Assembly: GCA_021513715.1 (NCBI GenBank)
Contig: CP084167.1
Location: forward strand, 1,504,001 to 1,568,000
DNA from: Candidatus Heimdallarchaeum endolithica
GTDB taxonomy: Archaea; Asgardarchaeota; Heimdallarchaeia; Heimdallarchaeales; Heimdallarchaeaceae
DNA: 64,000 nucleotides
Direction: 5' to 3'
A model generated the notes under the pieces. That model saw only the letters and a list, made by a program, of their open reading frames with translations. It was not told where the DNA came from and did no database searches. Of the stretch, positions 40,690 to 50,184 are shown piece by piece. How positions within the stretch are numbered: the first letter of the stretch is position 1; each line of letters begins with the position of its first letter. The position numbers and the translations under genes are program-made.

Positions 40690-40869
40690 TTTTAAACCTC
40701 TATTTTTTTTTAATTACCAATATTGTGATTGTTGCTATATATCAATTATTTTTTTTCCTTTATAATGACTCACTTTTTACAGAAACTTAAAGGAGAAAAT
40801 TGCTAATTTTACAATCAATCACAATTCGTATATAAAGATATATTTATTATATTTGCTACTATTTTAATA

Positions 40870-41565
40870 ATGAATGCAATGAATCTGCATAGAGACTATT
40901 TTGAGAAATTCGAATATAGTGAGCCTAACTTAGGAAACTTACCATATGACCTTTTTTACTCAAATGAATATAATTACATCACTCTTCCTGAAGTGCAAGT
41001 TCTCTTTGCTTTAACAGATTCAAGTACTTCATATACCTTTTCAGGTTTAAGAAAGAGAACTCAACTACATCAATATAAAATCTCTAAATCTTTAAAGAGG
41101 TTACAAGAACGGGACTTAATAGATAAGGAACAAGATGGAACATATTCTTTAACAGCTAAAGGAGAAGAATTTTCACGAAAACTTATTAAAGAACTATTAA
41201 AAAGAAAAGACATTTCTTATCCAAAATATAATAATTTTCAAATTCAAAGAGTAAAATTGTTTGCAAAAAGAAATTTAGACCAAAAATACATAAAAAAGAA
41301 ACTTTATGGACGTTGGTTCGGTGATTTCAGATTTCTGTACGCTAAAGAAGATGAAAAAAGTTTGAAACTTTGTTGGGAAGATACAGAAAATTGGCAAATA
41401 ATTTTAGAGAACACCATATATAACCAATTGTACATTCAATTTAATCTCAGAGATTACGAAAAAACAAAAATTGATAATTTTACTAATTGGTTATCCAAAG
41501 AACTTCTCACAGAGGTTGATATTCCATCTTATTCACTAAACCAAAAATCTGAAGTTTACAATTAA
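40870..41565 (+). CDS. Winged-helix (MarR-like) DNA-binding protein
   Basis: 'FSGLRKRTQLHQYKISKSLKRLQERDLIDK...YSLT'; divergent from psmB-psmA. Confidence 0.75.
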   Translation: MNAMNLHRDYFEKFEYSEPNLGNLPYDLFYSNEYNYITLPEVQVLFALTDSSTSYTFSGLRKRTQLHQYKISKSLKRLQERDLIDKEQDGTYSLTAKGEEFSRKLIKELLKRKDISYPKYNNFQIQRVKLFAKRNLDQKYIKKKLYGRWFGDFRFLYAKEDEKSLKLCWEDTENWQIILENTIYNQLYIQFNLRDYEKTKIDNFTNWLSKELLTEVDIPSYSLNQKSEVYN

Positions 41566-41598
41566 ATAAAATTCTCTACTAAATTTTTTCATATCCAA

Positions 41599-43344
41599 TT
41601 AGTTTTCAAAAACTGAATGCATATCTGAAAGATGGTCTTCTGGTGCCTCTGCAGTGGGGTGTAAAAACACTTCACCATCTAATATTGTAAATGGGATCCT
41701 CCTTTTATCGATCCATGGAGCAATTTCCCTAAATTCCTTAAATAGGTCATTACTCACAATCATTGCTGTTTCTTCTTCTGCAATACGAAGAATAAATTTA
41801 TCTCCATCTACTCTTGCAGGTAACATCTTTATTGCACCTTCTTTTACTAATTGATCCAGTCTCTTTTGATTATCAATCTGATATCGAAGTGCAGCGTCAG
41901 CCACAGTAATTATTTTCTTAAAATTAGACCTACTAAGTTTGTTTATCATTGCTTCAATGTTAGCTAACTTTGGATGTCCAGCAGAATCTTTTTCTTCCCA
42001 AGCAACATTACTACCATCTACAATAACTATATCATAAGGATATGTGGTTTCAGGAAAGATGCGTTCTTGCTCTCCTCTAGTCATTTTTACTAATCCTTTA
42101 ATAATATCTCTTGAAAAATAACCTATTCCTAAAAGTATTGTTATCAAGAGAATAATAATTGTAATATTTTTGTCAAAAGGGTTCAATGGTTCATCATTAG
42201 ATATAATTTGTATATAGAACTCTCCACTAAAATAGAAACTTGTAAACCAATAAATCTCTGGTTGAATTTTCCAAGCAATTTGAATCGAGAGAGTGATACT
42301 TGTATTACCAGCTTCTATAGGTTCATCTTTTAAGATTATATGATGCCCTGAAAAACTAGGAGATATGGCAAATATTTTTCCATTAATTTCAGAGAATGAT
42401 ATGAGAGAGCAAGTAATCTCATGCTCAATGTAAACAACATCAGTTTCGTAATTAGCTATGTCATAAGTAATTAGATATTCCTTGTTTAGCGATGCATTCA
42501 CAGAAAAATGAACATTACTGACTGAAATATTTGGGTAACAGATTATATACAATGGTTCACTTAAAACAATAACAGGATTATCTGGATCATCAAGATTTGT
42601 AAATGAAACTTGATACGAATGTTTTTGATATAAGGGTTCATTTGTAAAAAACCTTATCGTTCCTTTATAACTTTCTCCACTATTTAACATTAGATTCAAA
42701 TATGGAAGATAGATAATTGGACTAGCTTCTGTTCCTTGGCGATCAACTAAGGCTGAGATAGTTACATTAGTAACAGCTGTTCCACCTACATTTACCAACT
42801 GAAAGTCTACTTCAGTAGTTGAATTACGTTTTAAAATAATTTTATTATTGACGAATGTCATTTCTATTTGTCCACTAGGTAGAACCTCAAGGGTAAAAGT
42901 AGCAGTTTGATAAGTAGTTATAACATTTGTACCGTTAACAAAACTTTCGACAGAATAGTTTCCTGTTGGTTGACTATAAAAATCTTTTTTGTTAATTTGA
43001 ACAACATAGTCTAATGAAGAATTAGTTATTATATAGTTATTTTCAATTATTTTTGTAGTTTCATAAGAGATGTTATAAAAAATAGTAGCATCATCGTCTA
43101 CTGGACTACCATTAAGCCAAGACAGGTGGAAAAGTATAACTAAATCGTCAATTCCACGCTTTATTACAGAAGAATTCAGCGATAAGGTAAAATTTACTTC
43201 TGATTTTTCTGAATGATAATAATATCTGGAAATAGGCTCTTGTGATTCAGTTACTTCAGTATTTAACATTGGAGAACGAATAATGAAGCACGAGATTGTG
43301 AGGAACGTAAGAATGGATAGCATGATTAGTAGTTTTTTTTTCAT
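41599..43344 (-). CDS. Single-pass membrane protein: extracellular Ig/CARDB-like domains, TM helix, cytoplasmic Zc3h12a/Regnase-type NYN (PIN) ribonuclease
   Basis: Signal peptide MKKKLLIMLSIL...; Asn-rich beta ectodomain (LVNVGG); TM ITIIILLITILLGIGYF; IVIVDGSNVAW, DGDKFIL, IVSNDLFKEF. Confidence 0.85.
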   Translation of the reverse strand: MKKKLLIMLSILTFLTISCFIIRSPMLNTEVTESQEPISRYYYHSEKSEVNFTLSLNSSVIKRGIDDLVILFHLSWLNGSPVDDDATIFYNISYETTKIIENNYIITNSSLDYVVQINKKDFYSQPTGNYSVESFVNGTNVITTYQTATFTLEVLPSGQIEMTFVNNKIILKRNSTTEVDFQLVNVGGTAVTNVTISALVDRQGTEASPIIYLPYLNLMLNSGESYKGTIRFFTNEPLYQKHSYQVSFTNLDDPDNPVIVLSEPLYIICYPNISVSNVHFSVNASLNKEYLITYDIANYETDVVYIEHEITCSLISFSEINGKIFAISPSFSGHHIILKDEPIEAGNTSITLSIQIAWKIQPEIYWFTSFYFSGEFYIQIISNDEPLNPFDKNITIIILLITILLGIGYFSRDIIKGLVKMTRGEQERIFPETTYPYDIVIVDGSNVAWEEKDSAGHPKLANIEAMINKLSRSNFKKIITVADAALRYQIDNQKRLDQLVKEGAIKMLPARVDGDKFILRIAEEETAMIVSNDLFKEFREIAPWIDKRRIPFTILDGEVFLHPTAEAPEDHLSDMHSVFEN

Positions 43345-43417
43345 TTAATGACCTCCAATGCTTTTATTGAAGTAATAATTCCATATAATATATTCACTTA
43401 ATAAGTTTTTATCTTAA

Positions 43418-43738
43418 AGGGTGTGCGGGAATACCCCTGATTCTGTTCGGAAGTCATTTAGATGAAACTTCCTAGCAACATTCATCTATGCGCTTTACCC
43501 GACTTAGAAAGTCCTATTTAAGCTTGCACCACGATGTATGATCGTTTCATCGCTCCCTCTTTACTCCTCAATAACTTCACAGGTCACCCTATGTGCCATA
43601 TCATTGTCAACGTAAAGAGGACGTGTCGTTTCTATTTCAGGGACCACGTTCTCACGTGATGGGTTTGCACCCATATCGTTTTTTAGGTGTCAGGAGGTTC
43701 CTCAGGTTTAACCCGAAAGTTGCTCTCCCGCTCACCCT
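43418..43738 (-). ncRNA. rnpB: RNase P RNA
   Basis: Minus strand: P1 AGGGUGAGCGGGA/UCCCGCACACCCU; CR-I GAGGAACCUCCUGA pairs with CR-V ACAGAAUCAGGGGUA (P4 with bulged U); about 320 nt GC-enriched island. Confidence 0.92.
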
Positions 43739-43908
43739 AATAGTACTATATTTTTATCAAAAATAAAGCTAGCTGTTACAGATTGTTAAATAAATTTTGA
43801 AAATGGAACAAAAATATTAAATCTTAAGTCGATACTTTATAACAAAAGACATTAAATATCGAATGATTTATTTAGGTAGGGAAAATTCAATGTTTGAAGA
43901 GTGAAAAA

Positions 43909-43986
43909 GGGCCAGTAGTCTAGCTTGGATAAGGCACCTGCCTGCGGAGCAGGGTATCGCAGGTTCAAGTCCTGCCTGGCCCGCCA
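43909..43986 (+). tRNA. tRNA-Arg(GCG), intronless, CCA encoded
   Basis: Acceptor GGGCCAG/CTGGCCC, anticodon arm CCTGC-ctGCGga-GCAGG, GGTTCAAGTCC, ends GCCA followed by a T-run. Confidence 0.97.
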
Positions 43987-43989
43987 TTT

Positions 43990-44640
43990 TTACAAAAGTG
44001 AATGTTTTGTTTTATAAAAAGGGCTTGTTTTTTTCAAGGGGACCTCCAAAAATGCTTCTGCAAACTCCACTTGTGCTTGTGTACCTCTCATTTTTGTTCT
44101 ATACTTATGAAACTCGATATAGAAATTATTTCCTCCTTTGTCGAGCTGAGAACTATAACATTTCATAGCTTTTTCTTTTACTTCAACAAAATCTGAAATG
44201 TCAACAATTACATGAGGATTCGACAATAGAACAGTCGTTTCAGTGAAGTAAAGCTTAGAAACAACAAATGAGTTTGAATACTGTGTTTCATGTGCTGCCC
44301 ATTCTATTGCCTCTTTAACCATAGAACTTGTTAAACGATGTTCAACGTGATAATCATCATCCATATGGGTCACTATTATTTCAGGACGATAAGTGAGAAT
44401 AAATTCAATAATTTGATTTTTTATTTCTACTTCATTATTTTCTATTTCTTTATAATTTAGGATTATTGCTTTTTTAACGTTCAGAATCTTTGTAGCTTCT
44501 ATGTATTCTTTTCTTCTTACCCCATTTGAAGTTAAACAAAGCGAATACACATCATTTCCCAAAGCGGAATAGCGAGCAATAGTTCCCCCTGTACTAAAAC
44601 TTTCATCATCAGGGTGCGCAAAAATAAAGGCAATGTTCAT
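43990..44640 (-). CDS. PIG-L/LmbE-family deacetylase (BshB-like)
   Basis: AHPDDE, RRKE, H..DYHVEH, VDIS...K..A..CYSSQ, RG....VEFAEAF. Confidence 0.88.
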   Translation of the reverse strand: MNIAFIFAHPDDESFSTGGTIARYSALGNDVYSLCLTSNGVRRKEYIEATKILNVKKAIILNYKEIENNEVEIKNQIIEFILTYRPEIIVTHMDDDYHVEHRLTSSMVKEAIEWAAHETQYSNSFVVSKLYFTETTVLLSNPHVIVDISDFVEVKEKAMKCYSSQLDKGGNNFYIEFHKYRTKMRGTQAQVEFAEAFLEVPLKKTSPFYKTKHSLL

Positions 44641-44693
44641 AAAGAAAATTAAAAAAAAGTAGAGATAAAGATTTCTATCTTCTAAAAAACAAA

Positions 44694-45737
44694 TTATTTT
44701 TTGTTGATATAGTTTACTGCATTAATTCCAGCCTTGTATCCTTCACCCATTAATATTGCACAATAATCTTCTTCTCCTGTTATTACTCCTGCTGCAAAAA
44801 TCCCTGGAATGGTTGTTTCTTTTTTACTATTTGTCACTAAAAATCCTTCTTCATTAATTTTTATATCGAGTTCTTTCAACATTGAGAGATCAGGCTTATC
44901 TTTTAATTCTATAAAAACTGCATTTACTGAAAGTTCTTTTTCTTCTCCATCTTCAACAAATTTTATTCCAGTTACAAACTGTGTTCCTACTACTTCAACT
45001 TTTGATAGATCAATTCCATATTTTATTTTTACATTTGGGGATTTTTCTAATTTTTTCATAAAACGCTTGTCAATGTCAAGAGTAGAAGATGGACAAATAA
45101 CAGTGACTTTTCTGCAATATTTTCTCAAGAAAAGAGCTCCTCTTGCTGCAAAATTATCCTTTCCAATAATACAAACTTTTTTTCCTCTGAACAAAGCCCC
45201 GTCACATACTGCACAATAAGAAAGGCCCTGACTTTCAAATTCTTCTTCTCCTTTAATTGCCCCTTTTAATTCTGGGAGATCATAAGCGAGGATTACAGCT
45301 TTCGCTCTAATTGTTTCTCCTTCTTCAGTTACTAAAACAAAGTTTTCTTCTTCTTTCTTAATCTTTGAAATTTTCTCTTCTTCAATTTCAATTCTTTTTC
45401 CTTTCATTTCTAAATTGTCATTTTGCTCTTCAGAAGATGAAAAAGAAGAAATATACTCGTTGTTAAACTTTTCAATTTGCCCTAAAATCTGAACAATATA
45501 GTCAACTCCTACTACACTTTCAATTCCAGGGATCGTATCAATAGTTCCTTTTTTTGCTGTAATAGTATTATAGGGTATCCCAAAAAGTTTTACTTTAAGG
45601 TCAGGGTTTTTTGAATAAGCAGCTATTGCAGCTGATAATCCTGTTAATCCTGAACCAATTATAACTAAATCAATAGTCCCATCTTTTTTGTTCATATAAG
45701 TAGTAAACACAGAATTAAAAATAAAGTTAACTGTCAT
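44694..45737 (-). CDS. Thioredoxin reductase-like flavoprotein with atypical NAD(P)H site
   Basis: IIGSGLTGLSAA FAD motif, GLSYCAVCDG redox motif, TTIPGIFAAG; probable start at 45695. Confidence 0.85.
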   Translation of the reverse strand: MTVNFIFNSVFTTYMNKKDGTIDLVIIGSGLTGLSAAIAAYSKNPDLKVKLFGIPYNTITAKKGTIDTIPGIESVVGVDYIVQILGQIEKFNNEYISSFSSSEEQNDNLEMKGKRIEIEEEKISKIKKEEENFVLVTEEGETIRAKAVILAYDLPELKGAIKGEEEFESQGLSYCAVCDGALFRGKKVCIIGKDNFAARGALFLRKYCRKVTVICPSSTLDIDKRFMKKLEKSPNVKIKYGIDLSKVEVVGTQFVTGIKFVEDGEEKELSVNAVFIELKDKPDLSMLKELDIKINEEGFLVTNSKKETTIPGIFAAGVITGEEDYCAILMGEGYKAGINAVNYINKK

Positions 45738-45817
45738 TTGTTTTGCGGATAATTTTTCGACATCCTTTTTATAAAATAAAGAGAAAATATATATAGAAAA
45801 TTTTATGGGGACTTAAA

Positions 45818-46036
45818 ATGGGCAAACAAGAAATTTCTGTTTCAGGAAAAAGATTAATACAATTACTAGAAGAAAAGGGGCCTTTGACACAAAAACAACT
45901 AATTATTGAGTCTGAGATACCCGCTCGAACAGCTAGATATGCTTTAAAGAGATTAATCGAAATGGGGTTAATCATAAAGAGAAATAACCTAGCTGATATG
46001 AGAAGCGTTTATTATTTCTTAGTTGAGGAAAACTAA
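45818..46036 (+). CDS. Small winged-helix transcription regulator
   Basis: 'LEEKGPLTQKQLIIESEIPARTARYALKRL...DMRSVYY'. Confidence 0.85.
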   Translation: MGKQEISVSGKRLIQLLEEKGPLTQKQLIIESEIPARTARYALKRLIEMGLIIKRNNLADMRSVYYFLVEEN

Positions 46037-46076
46037 TTTAATAGTAACTTCCCCAACTTTCTATTGTATATTCTCT

Positions 46077-47648
46077 TTAAATAATCTTTGAGTTAACATT
46101 ACTATTTATTTCAGTTCCTGGGAATATTCCTAATATCCTTCTAAAATTAGAGGGTATAAAAACTTCAGATACCACAATTGCTCCATCTGAAGAAATATCT
46201 ATTATATTGAAGCTATTTTCACTACTTGCTGTCTTTTGAGATGAAAAAGTATTGCAATTCACAAATACTGTTTTTTCTACTCTAGTACAAAAAGCTTTAC
46301 CCAAATGTCCAGACAAAACTAAATTCACATTAGTGTCAACTAATAACCTCAACACATCTCCAGCATCTTCTAATGCAGAAGTCTCTCTAGTACCAGGAAT
46401 AGGAACAAGATGATGGTGCATTACAACACTATTAAATTGCTTACTTTTTTCCTTCTTAGTTTGATGTACATAACGATGTAACTTTAATTGTGTTCTTCTT
46501 CCAACCACTCCAATATCTGTTCCAGCCTCAGAAGTGTTGAGAATATAAAAATTAGAATTCTCTTTCTCGATCAAATGCTCAATATCAAAATATTTGTTTA
46601 GGAGAGATTCTCCATACCCTCTTAAATCTCTTGGACCAGGACAAAAAATAAATTTCTCTTTATATTTCAGAAAATGTTCTATTGCTTGTTCATACTCGTC
46701 AGAATATCCACTATATGTTAAATTTCCATTATGGATTATTACATCAGGGTTAGTTTCATCTATTAGTTTCATTCCTTTTTTAAAATACTCAAATTGTTTA
46801 TTCCAAGAAGAACCAAAATCAGTACCAGATAATTGAACAATACGCAACCATTTTCCTCCAGAGGAATTAACCATACGAAAACTTCTTGTTATGGTTTTAA
46901 TCTCTTCATGGAGAGCATTTCCTTTAGTGTTTATTGTTTTAATTTTCACATCTTTTTGAGGTCTTATTTCAACTAAGTTAAATGAATGAGGTTCTCCACT
47001 TCTTGTTTTATAACTCGAAATTGATCCAGAAGAAATAATGATAGTATCTTCCACTTTGTATACGTTAGGATGGTGTTTATGACCTGTAAAAACTGCATCT
47101 ACACCATAATCAAGTAAAATTGAAAGCATTTCCCCAGAATCCACTGCATTAGACCTTTCTCTTCCTACTTTAGGAATTGGTAGAAGATGATGATGGAAAG
47201 ACACTATCTTTATTCTATCCTCGCCAAATTTTCTAAGTATTTTTTTGGCAAAATCAAAAGCCTTCCTTCCAAAACGCCCACTATCCCTATCTGGAACACA
47301 AGAGTCTAATCCAATAAAAAGAACTTTTTCATCAACATCAAAAAAATCTCTTTCTCCCACCATTTTTTCCCAAACTTCAAAACCACCAGAACGACTATCG
47401 TGGTTTCCAATGATCCAGTGAATCTTAGGAAGTTTAATTAGTTCTCGCAACTTGTTTGCAAACACATAGTCTTCAAATAACCCATCTTGAGTTAAGTCTC
47501 CAGAAAAAACTCCAAAGTCAACTTTCAATCTATTTGCCAACGAATTAATTTCATTGACAGCTGCAAAATATTCAGAAGAGACAAATTGTGGTCTAGAAGT
47601 TATGTGAGTGTCACCAAAGTGGATTATCCTAACAGCAGAATCACGCAT
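46077..47648 (-). CDS. Tandem metallophosphoesterase (CpdA/Icc-like duplication)
   Basis: Domain 1: GDTH, GDLT, GNHD, HHH, GHKH; domain 2: SGTD, GNLT, GPRD, HHH, SGHLG. Confidence 0.88.
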   Translation of the reverse strand: MRDSAVRIIHFGDTHITSRPQFVSSEYFAAVNEINSLANRLKVDFGVFSGDLTQDGLFEDYVFANKLRELIKLPKIHWIIGNHDSRSGGFEVWEKMVGERDFFDVDEKVLFIGLDSCVPDRDSGRFGRKAFDFAKKILRKFGEDRIKIVSFHHHLLPIPKVGRERSNAVDSGEMLSILLDYGVDAVFTGHKHHPNVYKVEDTIIISSGSISSYKTRSGEPHSFNLVEIRPQKDVKIKTINTKGNALHEEIKTITRSFRMVNSSGGKWLRIVQLSGTDFGSSWNKQFEYFKKGMKLIDETNPDVIIHNGNLTYSGYSDEYEQAIEHFLKYKEKFIFCPGPRDLRGYGESLLNKYFDIEHLIEKENSNFYILNTSEAGTDIGVVGRRTQLKLHRYVHQTKKEKSKQFNSVVMHHHLVPIPGTRETSALEDAGDVLRLLVDTNVNLVLSGHLGKAFCTRVEKTVFVNCNTFSSQKTASSENSFNIIDISSDGAIVVSEVFIPSNFRRILGIFPGTEINSNVNSKII

Positions 47649-47714
47649 TGTGACAAGTATTAGTAAATAGATAAAAAACCTTTTTCTAAAAAATTCAAAA
47701 TGAAGATTTAAATT

Positions 47715-48101
47715 TTAAACAACAAGTAAATTCAGTGGGTTTAACATCCCTATTATTTTTTCTCCATCTTTAACTATTAAGTGGTTAATACGCTTTTCTT
47801 TCATTTTAACAAGAGCTACTGAAATTGTTTCTCTTGAAGAGATTGAAATTAAAGGACTAGTCATAATTTCTTTAATCTTTGTTTTACCAAAATCTAGTTT
47901 CTTGAATAGAGCTTTTACAATGTCCTTAGTTGTAATAATTCCTGCTGGTTCATTGTTTACTGTTACAAGAACAGAACCTACATCAAAATCAGCGATTATT
48001 TTAACAGCATCATTCAGATTCTTTTCTCCCTCAATAAATAATACACCTTTGGTCATAACACTTGTAACAGGTTCTTCATAAATTGGTTCTCGCAGAGTCA
48101 T
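47715..48101 (-). CDS. CBS-domain pair protein
   Basis: VTSVMT, GIITTKDI, IKEIMTSP, INHLIV. Confidence 0.9.
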   Translation of the reverse strand: MTLREPIYEEPVTSVMTKGVLFIEGEKNLNDAVKIIADFDVGSVLVTVNNEPAGIITTKDIVKALFKKLDFGKTKIKEIMTSPLISISSRETISVALVKMKEKRINHLIVKDGEKIIGMLNPLNLLVV

Positions 48102-48252
48102 TATTCTCAGGATAAGATTGTTTTTGATTTTTTAATGTTTTTGGGAGGAATAAACGAAAAGAAAAAGAAAAAAAGAAAAAATTCGATACGAAAAACTAAT
48201 ATGTAGAATTATTATAATAATAGAATCGAGAGAACTAGGAGTAGGAAAAAAG

Positions 48253-48699
48253 TTGTATACCGACAGTCAAGAGATATTTCATTTAGCGACACAATTACAA
48301 AGGATAAATTACTTAGGGCATGTACAGACTTTTCAAATAGAATTTGACCTTTTAGAAGAAGAAATGAAAAAGAAACTTTTAGATGTGTTTAATGATTCTA
48401 CAGGTATTGGTCAATTTAAATCAGATATGATTATAATAGAGCAAGTAGGAGAAAGAGATTTCCTTAAAACTGTTGAAACATTTCAATATTTAGCTAAGGT
48501 CATGGGAGATTTGTCAGCTATAGATAGTATAACAGCCTTAGTAGAAATAAGCTACAAAAACGATGTTCATTTTATTGTTGTTTCGTTTATTCCCCCTGAT
48601 TCATTAGAACTAATAAGTACCAGTGAGAGTAAACTATACTTTGAGCTTTTAAACTATGTGAGAACAAAATGGGCATTTTCAAAGACATTTATTAGATAA
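48253..48699 (+). CDS. Hypothetical protein
   Basis: 148-aa ORF, TTG start preceded by ggag; no motif recognised. Confidence 0.6.
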   Translation: MYTDSQEIFHLATQLQRINYLGHVQTFQIEFDLLEEEMKKKLLDVFNDSTGIGQFKSDMIIIEQVGERDFLKTVETFQYLAKVMGDLSAIDSITALVEISYKNDVHFIVVSFIPPDSLELISTSESKLYFELLNYVRTKWAFSKTFIR

Positions 48700-48714
48700 T
48701 ATTTTTTAGTTTCA

Positions 48715-49800
48715 TTATGCAAATGGTCTTTCTCTCAATAATGCTCGAAGTAGTTCTAAATTTGTTTGTATTTTAGAAGAATCAATTGACAATTTTTCAT
48801 TTTTTATTGCATCGATTATATCATACAGTATATATGTGGCTACATGAAAATCTATTGTATAACCATCTGGATACATTGATTGGAGATCTTGCTCTACTCC
48901 AATTTCTTTAAGAGTTTTATCGTATTCATATATAAATTTCATAATTTTATTTTTAATTGAAATAAAAGATTTATTATTTTTATATTCAGTCAAAACATCA
49001 AGAGCAAAATAAGCACCAATATCTTCACATCTATCCCTATTTGCTTCTATAAACTCTGAATTAAAAACGTAAACTTTTACTTTTTCACAATTTTGTGTAG
49101 TTAAACTAGAATGATCTGAAGATGAATCAACAACCATTTTTAAGTTAGATTTATGAAAATCACCATGAATAACAGCAGAACCTTTAGATATTTTTAAAAT
49201 AGCTAATGAAGGAACGAGAAGATTAATCAATTCTTGTTCTAAAGATTCATTGTTTAGCAAGGAAATCAAAAAAAGTATGACAGTTTTATAGGGTTCAATA
49301 TCAATCTCTTTTGATCCTACACCATGAATTAAGGCCAATGTTCTTGCTGCAAATTTAAGTGAATCATCTTCTGAGATATTACTTTTTGCATCAACTCCTA
49401 AACCAGCTTCATAAATAATGCACTTGTTTTTTGCACTCTTATAAATAATAGGAGGAACCAAAACACATGGATAACTTTTCAATGAAGAGGATAGAATCTC
49501 ATAATTACTAATTTCTTTAATATAAGCTTCTTCATCCTTGCTGAATTTTACTATTAGAGAAACGACGTGTTTACCTATTTCAGTTTCCAAATTATAAGTG
49601 ACAAAATGTGTTTTTGAACGAGATGAATGGAAATCCTGAGAAGTAACATCAATAATGGATATTTCATTAGGAGTAATGTTAGTTTCTTTTTCGATAGATT
49701 GTTTGAAATATTCTTTTAGACTCTCTCCAATAATAGTTAGTATTCTTCTTAATTTTTCGAAATTTTTTTCATTGTTTGGAGAGTTATTTACTTTTTGCAT
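48715..49800 (-). CDS. Protein-kinase-like phosphotransferase, paralog of 13666..14703
   Basis: LIVKF, HGDFHKSNL, DRCEDIGAYF, MYPDGYTIDFHVA. Confidence 0.75.
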   Translation of the reverse strand: MQKVNNSPNNEKNFEKLRRILTIIGESLKEYFKQSIEKETNITPNEISIIDVTSQDFHSSRSKTHFVTYNLETEIGKHVVSLIVKFSKDEEAYIKEISNYEILSSSLKSYPCVLVPPIIYKSAKNKCIIYEAGLGVDAKSNISEDDSLKFAARTLALIHGVGSKEIDIEPYKTVILFLISLLNNESLEQELINLLVPSLAILKISKGSAVIHGDFHKSNLKMVVDSSSDHSSLTTQNCEKVKVYVFNSEFIEANRDRCEDIGAYFALDVLTEYKNNKSFISIKNKIMKFIYEYDKTLKEIGVEQDLQSMYPDGYTIDFHVATYILYDIIDAIKNEKLSIDSSKIQTNLELLRALLRERPFA

Positions 49801-50184
49801 TTAATTCAACTTATAAGTATAATTCAAACTTATAAAAGCTTTATGTGTTTACTTCACTAATTTCTTCTACAAGAATAAAAAAGACAAAAGGTTAAAGCAC
49901 GTTTTCCAAAAAAACTTTTCAGAAAAAAATAAAACTTTATTTATCAAAATAAATTAAAATACTAGTAAAACTAATATATAATTGTAAATAGAATAAAGAG
50001 AGGAGTTAATCTTTTTCAGATAGGATTTAAATAGAATGATATACAGAATTGTTTTAATGAGTGATAATTATCGAAAAATCGGAATAATATTTACTTTAAT
50101 AGTCTTATTTAATGTAAATTTTACAAATCCAATAGAACAAAAAAATGCTTTAACAAATATAAGCAACAATATTTTCGACAATAT

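Noticed and set aside
29439-43986. Region between the two tRNA-Arg genes as an integrated element
   Set aside because: No integrase, no duplicated tRNA 3' end, and the content is housekeeping (tsr3, proteasome, rnpB).
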